From contig OY970242.1 in NCBI GenBank assembly GCA_963715505.1, positions 1,551,810-1,615,809 of the forward strand: a stretch of 64,000 bases of DNA, given 5' to 3'. The notes below the pieces were generated by a model. It had not been told where the DNA came from and searched no databases. It saw nothing but the letters and a program-made list of their open reading frames with translations. The DNA comes from an uncultured Microthrixaceae bacterium (lineage in GTDB: Bacteria > Actinomycetota > Acidimicrobiia > Acidimicrobiales > VFJN01). Shown one piece after another: positions 9,384 to 18,110 of the stretch (position 1 is its first letter; each line of letters begins with the position of its first letter). Made by a program: the position numbers and the translations under genes.

Positions 9384-10322
9384 TCACACCGCCGTCTCGG
9401 GCTCATCGACTGGGGTCGCTACCTGCTTTGGCACGAGAACCACGTCGCCGGCGCCACCGAACTCGTGGCGCAATGCGTCAGCGCTCGAACACGCGCCGCG
9501 CTCCTTGCGAGCCCGTTCCCGCCCGTCCTCGAGCGCACGCGAGGGGCCGGCAGGCTTGGACGAGCGCGGATCGGCTCCCCGAGCAAGCTCGGACAGCCTT
9601 GCTCGCGCCGCCTCACGCTCGACGGCGAGCCGAGGATCGCCTGTCACCCACGCCTCTTCCATGCCGGCCCGGGCGAGGCCCCGGGCACCCTCGATCGCCT
9701 CGTGCTCGATCCGCTCGCGCACGTCATCCCGGGTGCCGGGCTGCAGCTGGGCGTTCAGCCGTGCTCGCGCCTCGGCCACCATGGCGTCCTCGACCCACTG
9801 GAGCGCCAGCAGGCGGTTCTCAGGCGAGTGCCAGGGCTGGCGGGCGACCGTCGCTCGCAGCTGCGCCTCCTCAGCGCAGCGGTCGTGGTGGCGGCGCACC
9901 GGATCGACGACCTGCGCGACGAGTCGGCGCTCCGTCGAGCTCTCCGCCACGGCGTCGAGCTCGTGCAAGAGGGCGGCGTCCTGAGCGGACACGTGCGCCG
10001 GCGGCACACCGCGCAGCGAGTTCAGGAACTCGACATCGCCGACCGTGAGCGCGCGCGGCCGACCGTTCACCGGGCCCCGCATGGGATGGTCGTACGAGCT
10101 CGACCCCTCCGCCTGGGCGAGCATCCATTCCAGCAGTGGGCGCTGCGGCGTCGGCCGTCCGTAGGACTCGCGTTGTAGGCGGGCGAGCAGCGCCCGCAGT
10201 CGGCCTCGGTGGAGCGGGTCGCGGGGGTCGCGAGACACGACCTCGAGCAGCTCGGCGCCGGCCAACCGGAACGGCGGCCGCTGCCGCGACTCCACGATCG
10301 ATTCCAGCGTCACATCGGACAT
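9384..10322 (-). CDS. Hypothetical helical protein (312 aa)
   Basis: Long ORF coupled to the RHH gene by TGATG overlap; no motif recognised. Confidence 0.7.
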   Translation of the reverse strand: MSDVTLESIVESRQRPPFRLAGAELLEVVSRDPRDPLHRGRLRALLARLQRESYGRPTPQRPLLEWMLAQAEGSSSYDHPMRGPVNGRPRALTVGDVEFLNSLRGVPPAHVSAQDAALLHELDAVAESSTERRLVAQVVDPVRRHHDRCAEEAQLRATVARQPWHSPENRLLALQWVEDAMVAEARARLNAQLQPGTRDDVRERIEHEAIEGARGLARAGMEEAWVTGDPRLAVEREAARARLSELARGADPRSSKPAGPSRALEDGRERARKERGACSSADALRHEFGGAGDVVLVPKQVATPVDEPETAV

Positions 10323-10522
10323 CAGGTGCTCCTCGGGTCAGCAACGGAGTGGCGCGCGAGGTACTCCTCGACGGCCTTGCGCAGCACCCACGAGCGGCTC
10401 CGCTCATCGGACGCGGCGAGCTCGTCGACGGCCGCCACCAGCGATGGATCGAGTCGCAGCGACAACGGCAGGCCGTCGCCCGCCTGGTGCGTTCGTCGGC
10501 TCTGGACCTGGGTGGCGCTCAT
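10322..10522 (-). CDS. Ribbon-helix-helix (CopG-like) regulator
   Basis: LSLRLDPSLVAAVDELAASDERSRSWVLRKAVEEYL. Confidence 0.85.
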   Translation of the reverse strand: MSATQVQSRRTHQAGDGLPLSLRLDPSLVAAVDELAASDERSRSWVLRKAVEEYLARHSVADPRST

Positions 10523-10626
10523 GCCGGCGAGCGTCTACCGGCGACTACTCCGCAGCCCGGATGCACACGCCGTAGCGACGGCCGGGGCGCTACGTTCCCC
10601 GGGGACCACCAAGGGGGGGAGCCACC

Positions 10627-11133
10627 GTGGACCACACCGACGGAGGATCGGAGCCGACAGCCCGCGACGTGCGCTCAGGCGAGCGAGAAGGCGCGGACCG
10701 CGTCCCCTGGCTCGTTGCGGCCGCTCTCGGCGTGCTCGTCGTCGCCTTGTTCGGACTCTGGATCAGCGCCCGCAGCGACGCCAACGAAGCCCAGGTCGAA
10801 CTCGACCGGCTCGAGGAAGCCGAACAGGCGCGTCAGGCTGCCGACGAAGCACTCCCCGATCTCGAGCTGCTCGCCCGGAAGCACCGCCTCGGGACCATCG
10901 GAGCCATCGAGACCATCAACGAAGAGTCCCTGAGCCTCAACTTCGACGGCATCTCGATCGACCAACTAGGCGAGCTCCTCGAGGAGCTCGACTTCAGCCC
11001 TGGAACCATGAGCCGCATCGGCAACACACGCGCCCTTGACGGCACCCTCACCGCCGAAGCGCCCCACGTGCGCGCCAGCTGGACCTACCATCCCGACGAC
11101 GGCCTCAGCATCGTCCTCGAACGAACCGGATGA
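10627..11133 (+). CDS. Membrane-anchored protein of a type seen in actinophages
   Basis: Single TM helix, coiled coil, C-terminal TRALDG...ASWTYHPDDGL motif. Confidence 0.7.
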   Translation: MDHTDGGSEPTARDVRSGEREGADRVPWLVAAALGVLVVALFGLWISARSDANEAQVELDRLEEAEQARQAADEALPDLELLARKHRLGTIGAIETINEESLSLNFDGISIDQLGELLEELDFSPGTMSRIGNTRALDGTLTAEAPHVRASWTYHPDDGLSIVLERTG

Positions 11134-11225
11134 GCCGAGACGTACCGCTGAGGGTGAGTTTCGGTGCACGGCACTCAGCCCAGCCATAGCATCGGGGCCC
11201 ACGTCACCGCGGGGGGAGATCACAC

Positions 11226-11864
11226 ATGGGGGAACCAACGACCGCGTCCGGTCGAGCACGGTGGAAGCGGCCCCTGCCGCTCATCGTCCCGGCAGCCACG
11301 GCGGTAGTCGCCGCGGTCGCGATCGTCGTCATGGCACTCGCGATCAGCGGGAAGGACGACGATATCGCCGCCCTCGAGGCTGCCAACGCATCGATCACCA
11401 GCGAATACGACGACGCTCTCGCTCGCCGTGACGACATCGAGAACGAGCTCGATGACGCGCTCGACGACATTGACGCCGAGCAGCAGAGAGCCGATGAGGC
11501 CGAAGAGGCCGCCCTAGCGGCCGCCGAAGAGGCGCTCGCGGAACGCATCACCGAAGTGGTTGCCCGCGAGGCTGATGCCCAGCGGCGCGAGGACGAGGTA
11601 GCCGGCCGCGAGCGGCAACTCGACGCGACTCTCAACGGCCTCCGCTCCTCGCAGTTCGGCGACGGCGTGCATGAAGTGGGGCGCGACATTCAGCCCGGTC
11701 GATACCACACCGAGGGCAGCGGCCGGACGTGCTACTACGCCAAGCTCGGACCCGACGGCCAAGACATTCTCGACAACAACAACGTCGACGGGCCCGTCAC
11801 CATCATCATCGACTCAGCCTTCTTCGAGTCAGCCCGGTGCGGCACATGGACGAAGGTCGGATGA
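11226..11864 (+). CDS. Membrane-anchored coiled-coil protein with C-terminal beta domain
   Basis: TM helix, acidic coiled coil, GDG.HEVG.DIQPGRY...CYYAKL...FFES..CGTW domain common in actinobacterial exported proteins. Confidence 0.75.
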   Translation: MGEPTTASGRARWKRPLPLIVPAATAVVAAVAIVVMALAISGKDDDIAALEAANASITSEYDDALARRDDIENELDDALDDIDAEQQRADEAEEAALAAAEEALAERITEVVAREADAQRREDEVAGRERQLDATLNGLRSSQFGDGVHEVGRDIQPGRYHTEGSGRTCYYAKLGPDGQDILDNNNVDGPVTIIIDSAFFESARCGTWTKVG

Positions 11865-11893
11865 CACCGTCGTTCGGCGACGAGGTAGCGACG

Positions 11894-12013
11894 TCAGCGC
11901 GCTCGGCGACCCCACGCGCGCCGCACCCGGGCGCGCTGCCGCTCCACCGCCGCCGGCCGGAACGCCAGCACCAAGTCCCGCACGAACCGCACCACCAGCT
12001 CACGATTCGTCAC
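11894..12013 (-). CDS. Small basic hypothetical protein (39 aa)
   Basis: GTGA overlap with WhiB stop; MTNRELVVRFVRDLVLAFRP... Confidence 0.35.
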   Translation of the reverse strand: MTNRELVVRFVRDLVLAFRPAAVERQRARVRRAWGRRAR

Positions 12014-12582
12014 GCCGCACCCTGACCCTCCGCCGCCTCCCGCTCCCTACGCTCCCGCAACGCCCGCCGCTGATCGCGCATGGCTTGCCGGCACGGCTCG
12101 CACCTGCAGCCATTCCCATACGTCGACGCCTTCCCATGCGAAGCACCAGGCGAGACCGCCAGAAGAGGCTCGACGACCTCCCCGGCTGCGAGTCGCCCCA
12201 TCCTGCGCTCATGCGCCCCCACCGCACCACAGAACCGGCACTCGCAGCCCTCGGGACCGTAGAACCGATCAGGATGCGGGCAGCGCGCCAGCTCACGCAC
12301 CAGGCCCCGTCGAACCCGCTCCGTCGCCCCACCCCACAGCCCGAAGCCATAGAGCGTCCACTCACCGAGCAGCGATTCCTGCAGACAGTCGAGCCGGACC
12401 GGGCAGCCAGAACACACCTGACGAGCTGCTCGAGCCTGCCCACCCCGCTCCTCGAACCAGTCGTCAGGGCCCCGGCCACGGCACGCAGCGTGAAGCCGCC
12501 ACACGTCCTCCCGGTGCATCACCGACACCCACGCCGGGAGCTCGTCCACCTCGCCCCCGACGACGACCCGCTGCGCGCTCAC
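12010..12582 (-). CDS. WhiB family Fe-S transcription factor with Cys-rich C-terminal extension
   Basis: AAC...C-x2-C-x5-C (CSGCPVRLDC) and GLWGG motif; extra CECRFC and HG..Y.NGCRCEPC. Confidence 0.88.
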   Translation of the reverse strand: MSAQRVVVGGEVDELPAWVSVMHREDVWRLHAACRGRGPDDWFEERGGQARAARQVCSGCPVRLDCLQESLLGEWTLYGFGLWGGATERVRRGLVRELARCPHPDRFYGPEGCECRFCGAVGAHERRMGRLAAGEVVEPLLAVSPGASHGKASTYGNGCRCEPCRQAMRDQRRALRERREREAAEGQGAA

Positions 12583-14081
12583 CGGGCGCGACGACCGGAC
12601 CCGTGCCGGCGATCCAACACCCGCCCAGTCATCAACGGCCGCGACGGGGCCGACTCGAGCAGCTGATGCGCCGCCAGGCCCAAGGCGAGCGCACGGTCAT
12701 CGTGGTGGCCAGCGTCGTGGTCCATCCGGACAACACCAGGCGACGTCTCCCGCAACCGCACGTTCGCCAGCTCGTCCAACAGCTCCGGATCATCCGGCAG
12801 CGCCAACGCCCGGTTGCGCAACAGCAGATGCATCGTCGACGCCAACCGGCCCACCGACCCCGACGAGAACGTGAACTCCTCGGTCCGCACGCCCCGCACA
12901 TGCAGCCGCTGCGCCATGCCGACGGACTGCCACGGATCGAAGATCAGGGATGCACCGTTGAACGCCTGCGACGCCTGCAGGATCCACTCCTCGACCTCGC
13001 TCAGCTTCACCGGCGACCCCCGCGACCCCTGCCACACCTGCATGCGATCCAACACGATCCGCACGCCACGCTCCGGTGAGCCCCGCTGCACACGCCGCCC
13101 CCGCACCGGGCGCTCCGAGAAGTCGAGATCCGACAACGGGTCGTACCCGCCCCACTCCACCCGCTCCCGCTCGTCGGCCGACACCAGGAACCGGACGCCC
13201 TCCACGTCCGTCGCCTCCGCGTGGCACACCGCCACCACCGTGCGGTCGTTCGTGATGCCCAGGTCAGCGCCGATCACGTAGTCGATGCCCGGCACCGGCC
13301 GCAGCGGCCCATCCAACGTGACGCACGCCCGCAGATCCTCGACGCTCGTCAGGCGGCCCTCGCTGGCCACCCACTCGTTCAGGTGCAGCCGCCGGTACTG
13401 CGACTCGCTGAGCTCCGCCCGCTGCTCCGCCAGCGCCTCAGCGCCGATCCACGGACACGGGCCCGGCGTCTCCGACACCCGCCACGCGTCCGACGCCCTC
13501 GCACGCTCGAGCAGCTTGAACGCCGGCGACGCCGGGTCACCCGCGGACGTCAGGATCGCCAGCCGCGACCCCGGCACCTTCGCCACCCCGGAGAAGATCG
13601 CCTCCCACAGGCGGCGCGGCGCCCCCGTCGTGCGCCACTGCGCGTACTCGTCGACGATCGTCAGGTGCGGCCGCAGACCCCACGCCGACGCGTCGTCGGC
13701 GGACATCACATCGAGCCGGGCAGCGGTGCGCTTGTTGGTGACCTTGTAGGCGTCGACCTTCACGAGCGAGCGCAGGCCCGTGCGGGACACGAACCCCCCG
13801 ATCGAGTCGACCAGCAGGGCAGCCTGGTCCCGGTCGGCCGCGAAGGCGTACGAGCGTGACGCCCGTGGCAGCTGCTCGATCAGAGCCGCGAGCGCGACCC
13901 CGCCGAGATCGCTCGTCTTCGACGCGCCACGAGGGCGCGTGACGTAGTGCATGCGAGGCGCGGAGACGTCGGCGCTGAGGATCGCCCCGGCATCCGCCCA
14001 CTGGAAGGGCTCGGCCACGTCCCCCCACGGCCGGCCGTCCTCGAGGCGCATACCCGCGAGAAGGGCGAGAGCGTCACCCAT
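12579..14081 (-). CDS. Phage terminase large subunit
   Basis: Walker A variant RPRGASKT, AADRDQA, Walker B LTIVDE, ILTSAG coupling motif, nuclease motifs GADLG, FDPWQ and HDD. Confidence 0.85.
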   Translation of the reverse strand: MGDALALLAGMRLEDGRPWGDVAEPFQWADAGAILSADVSAPRMHYVTRPRGASKTSDLGGVALAALIEQLPRASRSYAFAADRDQAALLVDSIGGFVSRTGLRSLVKVDAYKVTNKRTAARLDVMSADDASAWGLRPHLTIVDEYAQWRTTGAPRRLWEAIFSGVAKVPGSRLAILTSAGDPASPAFKLLERARASDAWRVSETPGPCPWIGAEALAEQRAELSESQYRRLHLNEWVASEGRLTSVEDLRACVTLDGPLRPVPGIDYVIGADLGITNDRTVVAVCHAEATDVEGVRFLVSADERERVEWGGYDPLSDLDFSERPVRGRRVQRGSPERGVRIVLDRMQVWQGSRGSPVKLSEVEEWILQASQAFNGASLIFDPWQSVGMAQRLHVRGVRTEEFTFSSGSVGRLASTMHLLLRNRALALPDDPELLDELANVRLRETSPGVVRMDHDAGHHDDRALALGLAAHQLLESAPSRPLMTGRVLDRRHGSGRRAR

Positions 14082-14631
14082 GGTCCACCGCGTCGCCGTC
14101 GTCGTCCTGGTTCTCGTCGCCGTCGTCGTCTCGCTCGACGAGCTCGCCGCGGCTCTCGAGGATCCGTTGACCAGCAGCACGGAGGGCTTCCACACCGGGC
14201 GTGGTGTCCCCCTCCTCGACGCCGGCGGCCTGGATCGCCACGAGCAGCTTCGCCTCCGCCAGCGGACCAAGGCCCAGATCGGCACGCAACGTGCGGGCGC
14301 GCCGCTCGAGCTTCTCCCGGTAGTTCGCCGCCGCCGGCACCTCGCCCTCGTCGTTCACCGCCTGGCGTTCATCGAGCCACCGCCGGACCAGCAGGCAGCG
14401 CGCCTCCGCCCACGCCCACGCCGCCACCGTCGACGCATGAGCCGGCCCACACGCCCAAGGCGCCACGTCCGCCAGATGCTCCGACCACCGCAGCAGCTCA
14501 TCCGCCACCGGCTGGATGCTCCGGGCGGAGTCGGCGCCGTGCTTCAGGGCCGCCCGGTTCCCCTCCTCGTAGGGCTGGGCCGGGCGCCACGGGCGCGACC
14601 ACTGCGGCTCGACAGCGGCCTGGTCGGTCAC
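14074..14631 (-). CDS. Putative terminase small subunit
   Basis: GN.AALKHGA.S N-terminal motif and LGLGPLAEAKL (P27-like LGL.P..R.KL); overlaps terL start. Confidence 0.65.
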   Translation of the reverse strand: MTDQAAVEPQWSRPWRPAQPYEEGNRAALKHGADSARSIQPVADELLRWSEHLADVAPWACGPAHASTVAAWAWAEARCLLVRRWLDERQAVNDEGEVPAAANYREKLERRARTLRADLGLGPLAEAKLLVAIQAAGVEEGDTTPGVEALRAAGQRILESRGELVERDDDGDENQDDDGDAVDHG

Positions 14632-14875
14632 CTCACCACCACCCGACAGGGCGCCCACGACAGGCCACCGTCATGGGGTGCAGACCGCTCCCCCATCCGA
14701 CACGCACCCACCCCATGCGCTCGCGAGCTCACGACCAGGCCAACCACCCGGCCGACGATGCACGCGCGCCCAACCGCGCAGCGGGATGCAGCCCTCACGG
14801 CATCACGCGCGGGTTCCTGCACGACGACGGCTCCAGAGCCGGAGGGCAGGAGGCCCGAGATGGGGCTGGGACCCT

Positions 14876-15047
14876 GGGGGTTCCCTACGTGAACCCCCCA
14901 GTGGTTCCCGGTTGCCCGGTGGTGGTGGTTCCGGGTGGTTCCGGTGGTGGTTCCGGGTGCTGTGACCTGGGGTTTCATGGGTTGGTTCCCGTGGTTCCTG
15001 TCGATGGTTCCGGTGTGGGTGTTGGGGGTGGTTCCCGGAGCGGTTCC
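14876..15047. repeat. GGTTCC iteron cluster with small inverted repeat; putative replication origin
   Basis: Ten GGTTCC copies (14879, 14903, 14927, 14937, 14949, 14984, 14993, 15006, 15030, 15042); IR GGGGGTTC-N7-GAACCCCC at 14876-14898; lies at the 3' end of the helicase gene. Confidence 0.7.
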
Positions 15048-16135
15048 GGGGTGCGTTCGCGGCGGTCGGGGTGGCGGCGCCAGCGTTGGGCGGCGGCGAC
15101 GACGGCTTTGCGGCGGGGGTTGACGTCGGCGTCTCGGAGGGCCTTGAGGGCGTCGTTGACGGAGGTGGTGGCGTGGACTTGGAGGCGGTCGAGGTGTTGG
15201 GCGCAGGGTTCGGTGCCGGCGGGCCAGTTGTCGTCGGCGATGACGTGGCGGAGGGGTTCGTCGAGGCGGCGGATTTTGAGTTGTTCGGGGACCCAGCTGA
15301 GTCGGCTGAAGGACTGGTGGAGGAGGTATTCGTTGCCGCCGGCGGGTCGGAGCTCCCAGGAGAGGTCGACGTCGTCGCCTTTGGCGCTGGAGCCGCGTTC
15401 GCCCTTGTCGGGTTCCTTGCCGCCGTGGTCGAGGCGGAGGGCGCTCACGCCTGCTCGTTTGAGGAGGATGCCGGTGCAGCGGTAGTAGCCCTGGATGGTG
15501 TCGCTGTCGTTCTCTTTGCCGGTGACGACGCGGGAGAGGGTGTCGATGACGACGAGCTGAGCCTTATGTCGTTCGACGAGCTCCATGAGGGCCAGGCCGC
15601 CGGCGTAGTCGTTGAGCGGGGGGAGGCTGGGGAGCAGGTAGTAGTGGAGGCGGCTGAGGTCGTCGTCGGGCCCGTAGCCGAAGTCGATGAGGCGCTCCTC
15701 GAGGTCGTCTTCGGTCATCTCGAGGTCGAGGTAGATGACCTCGAGTGGTGGGACCGGGTCCTGGCCGAGGATGGGTCGCCCGGTGGCGGCGGCGGCGCAG
15801 AGATCGAGGCTGAGGAGGCTCTTGCCGGTCTTGCGCTTGGCCCAGATGGTGCCTTGGCGGCCGGCGGGCAGGATGCTGGGGAGAGCCCAGTCCTCGGTAC
15901 GGTGTTCGCGCTGCCAGAAGGCGGGCCAGTCGATCGGGTCGGGGAGGCCCGAGGGTTCCGTGGTCGTCGCGCCGTGGCCGTTCTGAAGGATGTGGGCGAT
16001 GTCGTGGCGGTGCGGCGGTGCACCAGCCCAGCTGTGCCAGACGTGTTCGACGAGGTCCTCGAGCGAGGCACCGGGCGGTGCCGTGTCGGCGAGGCGACGG
16101 ACGTCGGCTGCGACGGCGGGGGCGGGTTGGGTCAC
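14975..16135 (-). CDS. AAA_25/RepA-like (RecA-fold) replicative helicase
   Basis: Walker A AKRKTGKS, VIYLDLEM, Walker B LVVIDTL, END, DH..K and RGSS motifs. Confidence 0.85.
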   Translation of the reverse strand: MTQPAPAVAADVRRLADTAPPGASLEDLVEHVWHSWAGAPPHRHDIAHILQNGHGATTTEPSGLPDPIDWPAFWQREHRTEDWALPSILPAGRQGTIWAKRKTGKSLLSLDLCAAAATGRPILGQDPVPPLEVIYLDLEMTEDDLEERLIDFGYGPDDDLSRLHYYLLPSLPPLNDYAGGLALMELVERHKAQLVVIDTLSRVVTGKENDSDTIQGYYRCTGILLKRAGVSALRLDHGGKEPDKGERGSSAKGDDVDLSWELRPAGGNEYLLHQSFSRLSWVPEQLKIRRLDEPLRHVIADDNWPAGTEPCAQHLDRLQVHATTSVNDALKALRDADVNPRRKAVVAAAQRWRRHPDRRERTPEPLREPPPTPTPEPSTGTTGTNP

Positions 16136-16623
16136 GTGCGGTACTCGCCGCACCGGCAGCACCAGCCGTCGGCTTCGACGTCCTCACGGATGGCGCGGCA
16201 TCGCGAGCACTGTCGGGCGAAGCGGTCAGCGCCTTCGGGGACCCATCCGGTCCCGTCGCAGATGGGACAGCCGTCGGCGAGCTCCTCGAGGCAGCGGCAA
16301 TCCGTGAGCTCGGCGAGTCGGGAGTCGTGGCTGATCCAGCTGCTTCGCCGGTCGGTGTCGACTGGGGCGGGCTCGAGCATGCCTGCGTCGCCGCCGATGA
16401 GCGCGACCGTGATGCCGTCGGCGAGCAGGCCCCAAGCGGCGACGGGTTCGCGGCGGTACCAGTGTTCTCCGTCGTCGTCGTGAGTGCGGCTGACGACCCA
16501 CCACAGCCCGCTGGTCGGCACGATGCTGCGGACCTCGGTCGCGGCAGCGTCGGGTGGGAGCTGAGGCCCTGGTGTGCATCTGGATTCGGTCGTCGTGTCG
16601 GAAGTGGGATGTACGCTCGTCAC
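16132..16623 (-). CDS. Hypothetical protein with C-terminal Cys-rich (Zn-binding) region
   Basis: CRC, CPICDGTGW, CSRC and CCRC; GTGA-coupled to helicase. Confidence 0.6.
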   Translation of the reverse strand: MTSVHPTSDTTTESRCTPGPQLPPDAAATEVRSIVPTSGLWWVVSRTHDDDGEHWYRREPVAAWGLLADGITVALIGGDAGMLEPAPVDTDRRSSWISHDSRLAELTDCRCLEELADGCPICDGTGWVPEGADRFARQCSRCRAIREDVEADGWCCRCGEYRT

Positions 16624-16767
16624 CGGCGCTCTCCTTTGCTTGGCGGCGTGGGTGGCGCTTTCTGTTGCGGGTGGTGCCGGCTCAGGGGTGGGCCGGCACC
16701 GTCGCGTTCGGACCTCACTCTGGTGGCCGGGTAGGAACCTCTGGCGACGTCGTCAGACAGCGGATGG

Positions 16768-16935
16768 TCATGCGGCGTCGTCCCGTGCCTCGTGATCGCT
16801 GAGCGATCGCTCGTTGTCGTCCCGCACGATCCGCAGGAGCAGCCGGGCGAGCCGTGGCGTGATCGCCGGAGGGCGATCGGGCATCTCGACGGTGACATCA
16901 GGCGCTCGCTGCACCGTCGAGCGGGGCGCGGTCAT
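16768..16935 (-). CDS. Small hypothetical protein (55 aa)
   Basis: MTAPRS...DRPPAITPRLARLLLRIV; ATGA-coupled to HTH gene. Confidence 0.55.
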   Translation of the reverse strand: MTAPRSTVQRAPDVTVEMPDRPPAITPRLARLLLRIVRDDNERSLSDHEARDDAA

Positions 16936-17186
16936 GCGGCACCGATGCCGTGTGGGGCTGCGAGCACCCGCCCGGTCTTTGGGTCGAAGACGTCCTCCAC
17001 CGCAACCCCGCATGCGCCGGCGAAGCGCTGTTGGTACCGGTAGCTGGCTGGGATGAGGCCCGCCTCAACGCGGCTGCAGTAGGAGCGGTCGACGCCGGTG
17101 CGGTTGCTGAGCTGGGTCTGCGTGAACCCGGCTCGTCTCCGGGTGACCTCGTGCATCGAGATGACCTGCTTGACGGTTGTCACCAT
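16932..17186 (-). CDS. XRE/Cro-like HTH regulator
   Basis: RRRAGFTQTQLSNRTGVDRSYCSRVEAG. Confidence 0.85.
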   Translation of the reverse strand: MVTTVKQVISMHEVTRRRAGFTQTQLSNRTGVDRSYCSRVEAGLIPASYRYQQRFAGACGVAVEDVFDPKTGRVLAAPHGIGAA

Positions 17187-17237
17187 CGTGATAGGTTCTC
17201 CTCACGGCAGATATCACGAACGTGATGACACTCTGCC
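17180..17237. promoter_or_regulatory. Operator-like palindromes in the element's divergent switch region
   Basis: TCAC-N4-GTGA at 17180-17191 and ATCACGAACGTGAT at 17213-17226, the latter flanked by GGCAGA/TCTGCC. Confidence 0.6.
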
Positions 17238-17252
17238 CGGTGGGAGCGCCCG

Positions 17253-18110
17253 GTGGAAGGACGAGCCAGCAACAATTTCGTACCACGCATCAGGACCTGG
17301 CCCGACGGCGTGCTTGAGGTGCCCAGGGTCAAAGTCCACGCTGTCCGATCGTGCAGTGACGGCTTCATCACCTTGGCCACGACATCCAAGGAACGAGAGG
17401 TGCCACCCGAGCTGTTCCTACGCGAGCTCCTCGACCTCGACGTCAACGACGACCAGGCAGTCGCCGAGTTCACGAGCACGGCGGGGCTCCTCGCGCACCC
17501 GAACTGGCGTCGCTACGTCGTCCCCGTTCGCCGCGACGACCGCTTCGAGCGCCAATTGCGGAAGCTGTTCGCTGACCACCATCCGGACGTGCCCCTCCCG
17601 CACCCGCGGGGCGACGCCAGCTCCGCCCCAATGCGGCACGTCTTCCATGTCGAAGAGATCCAGACCCACGCCGAATGCATCAGAGCAGCGACCCGCTTCT
17701 GGGTGGGCCACGTCTCCGGCGCATCCCCGAGCGAGCTGCAGACGGTCTGGCCCGAGGAGGGCTTCCCCTCCCCCACGCTCCGCACCGCCTGGAACACCTT
17801 CGAATCGGTGCTCAACGCCGGCCTGCGAGATCAACAGGTGCGCATCAACGTCAGCCCGCGAGCCGACGAGCCCGCGTTCAGCCTCTACCCGTCGCTGTGC
17901 CTCCAGCTTTGGAACCTGATCGACGAGGGGGCGGTTCCTCGACGCTGCGGCAACGAGACATGCAACAGCCCGTTCGTCCGTCAGCGCGACGGCGCCGAGC
18001 ACGGCCAGTTCCACACCAAGGGTGTCCTGTACTGCTCCCGGACATGCGCCCGCGCGCAAGCGCAACGCGAGTACCGACGTCGGCTCACCAAGAAGGGAAC
18101 GAAGCGATGA
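17253..18110 (+). CDS. CGNR-type zinc-finger domain protein
   Basis: C-terminal RRCGNETC...F...YCSRTCARAQAQREYRRR; ATGA-coupled to recombinase. Confidence 0.75.
   Translation: MEGRASNNFVPRIRTWPDGVLEVPRVKVHAVRSCSDGFITLATTSKEREVPPELFLRELLDLDVNDDQAVAEFTSTAGLLAHPNWRRYVVPVRRDDRFERQLRKLFADHHPDVPLPHPRGDASSAPMRHVFHVEEIQTHAECIRAATRFWVGHVSGASPSELQTVWPEEGFPSPTLRTAWNTFESVLNAGLRDQQVRINVSPRADEPAFSLYPSLCLQLWNLIDEGAVPRRCGNETCNSPFVRQRDGAEHGQFHTKGVLYCSRTCARAQAQREYRRRLTKKGTKR

Noticed and set aside
4821-14631. Tailocin or gene transfer agent interpretation
   Set aside because: No tube, sheath, baseplate or capsid genes seen; integrase, helicase and origin indicate a self-replicating mobile element
14628-14978. 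116-aa ORF between helicase and terS
   Set aside because: The translation mostly reflects the GGAACC repeats (GTT/NH runs). It overlaps both neighbours by 4 bp, so it is not excluded, but it is better explained as origin DNA.
14876-15047. Possible CRISPR array
   Set aside because: Repeats are only 6 bp with irregular short spacing; no cas genes in the window
17675-18106. N-terminal extension making a 700-aa recombinase
   Set aside because: Overlaps the CGNR gene; the real start is ATG 18107 with an RBS and ATGA coupling
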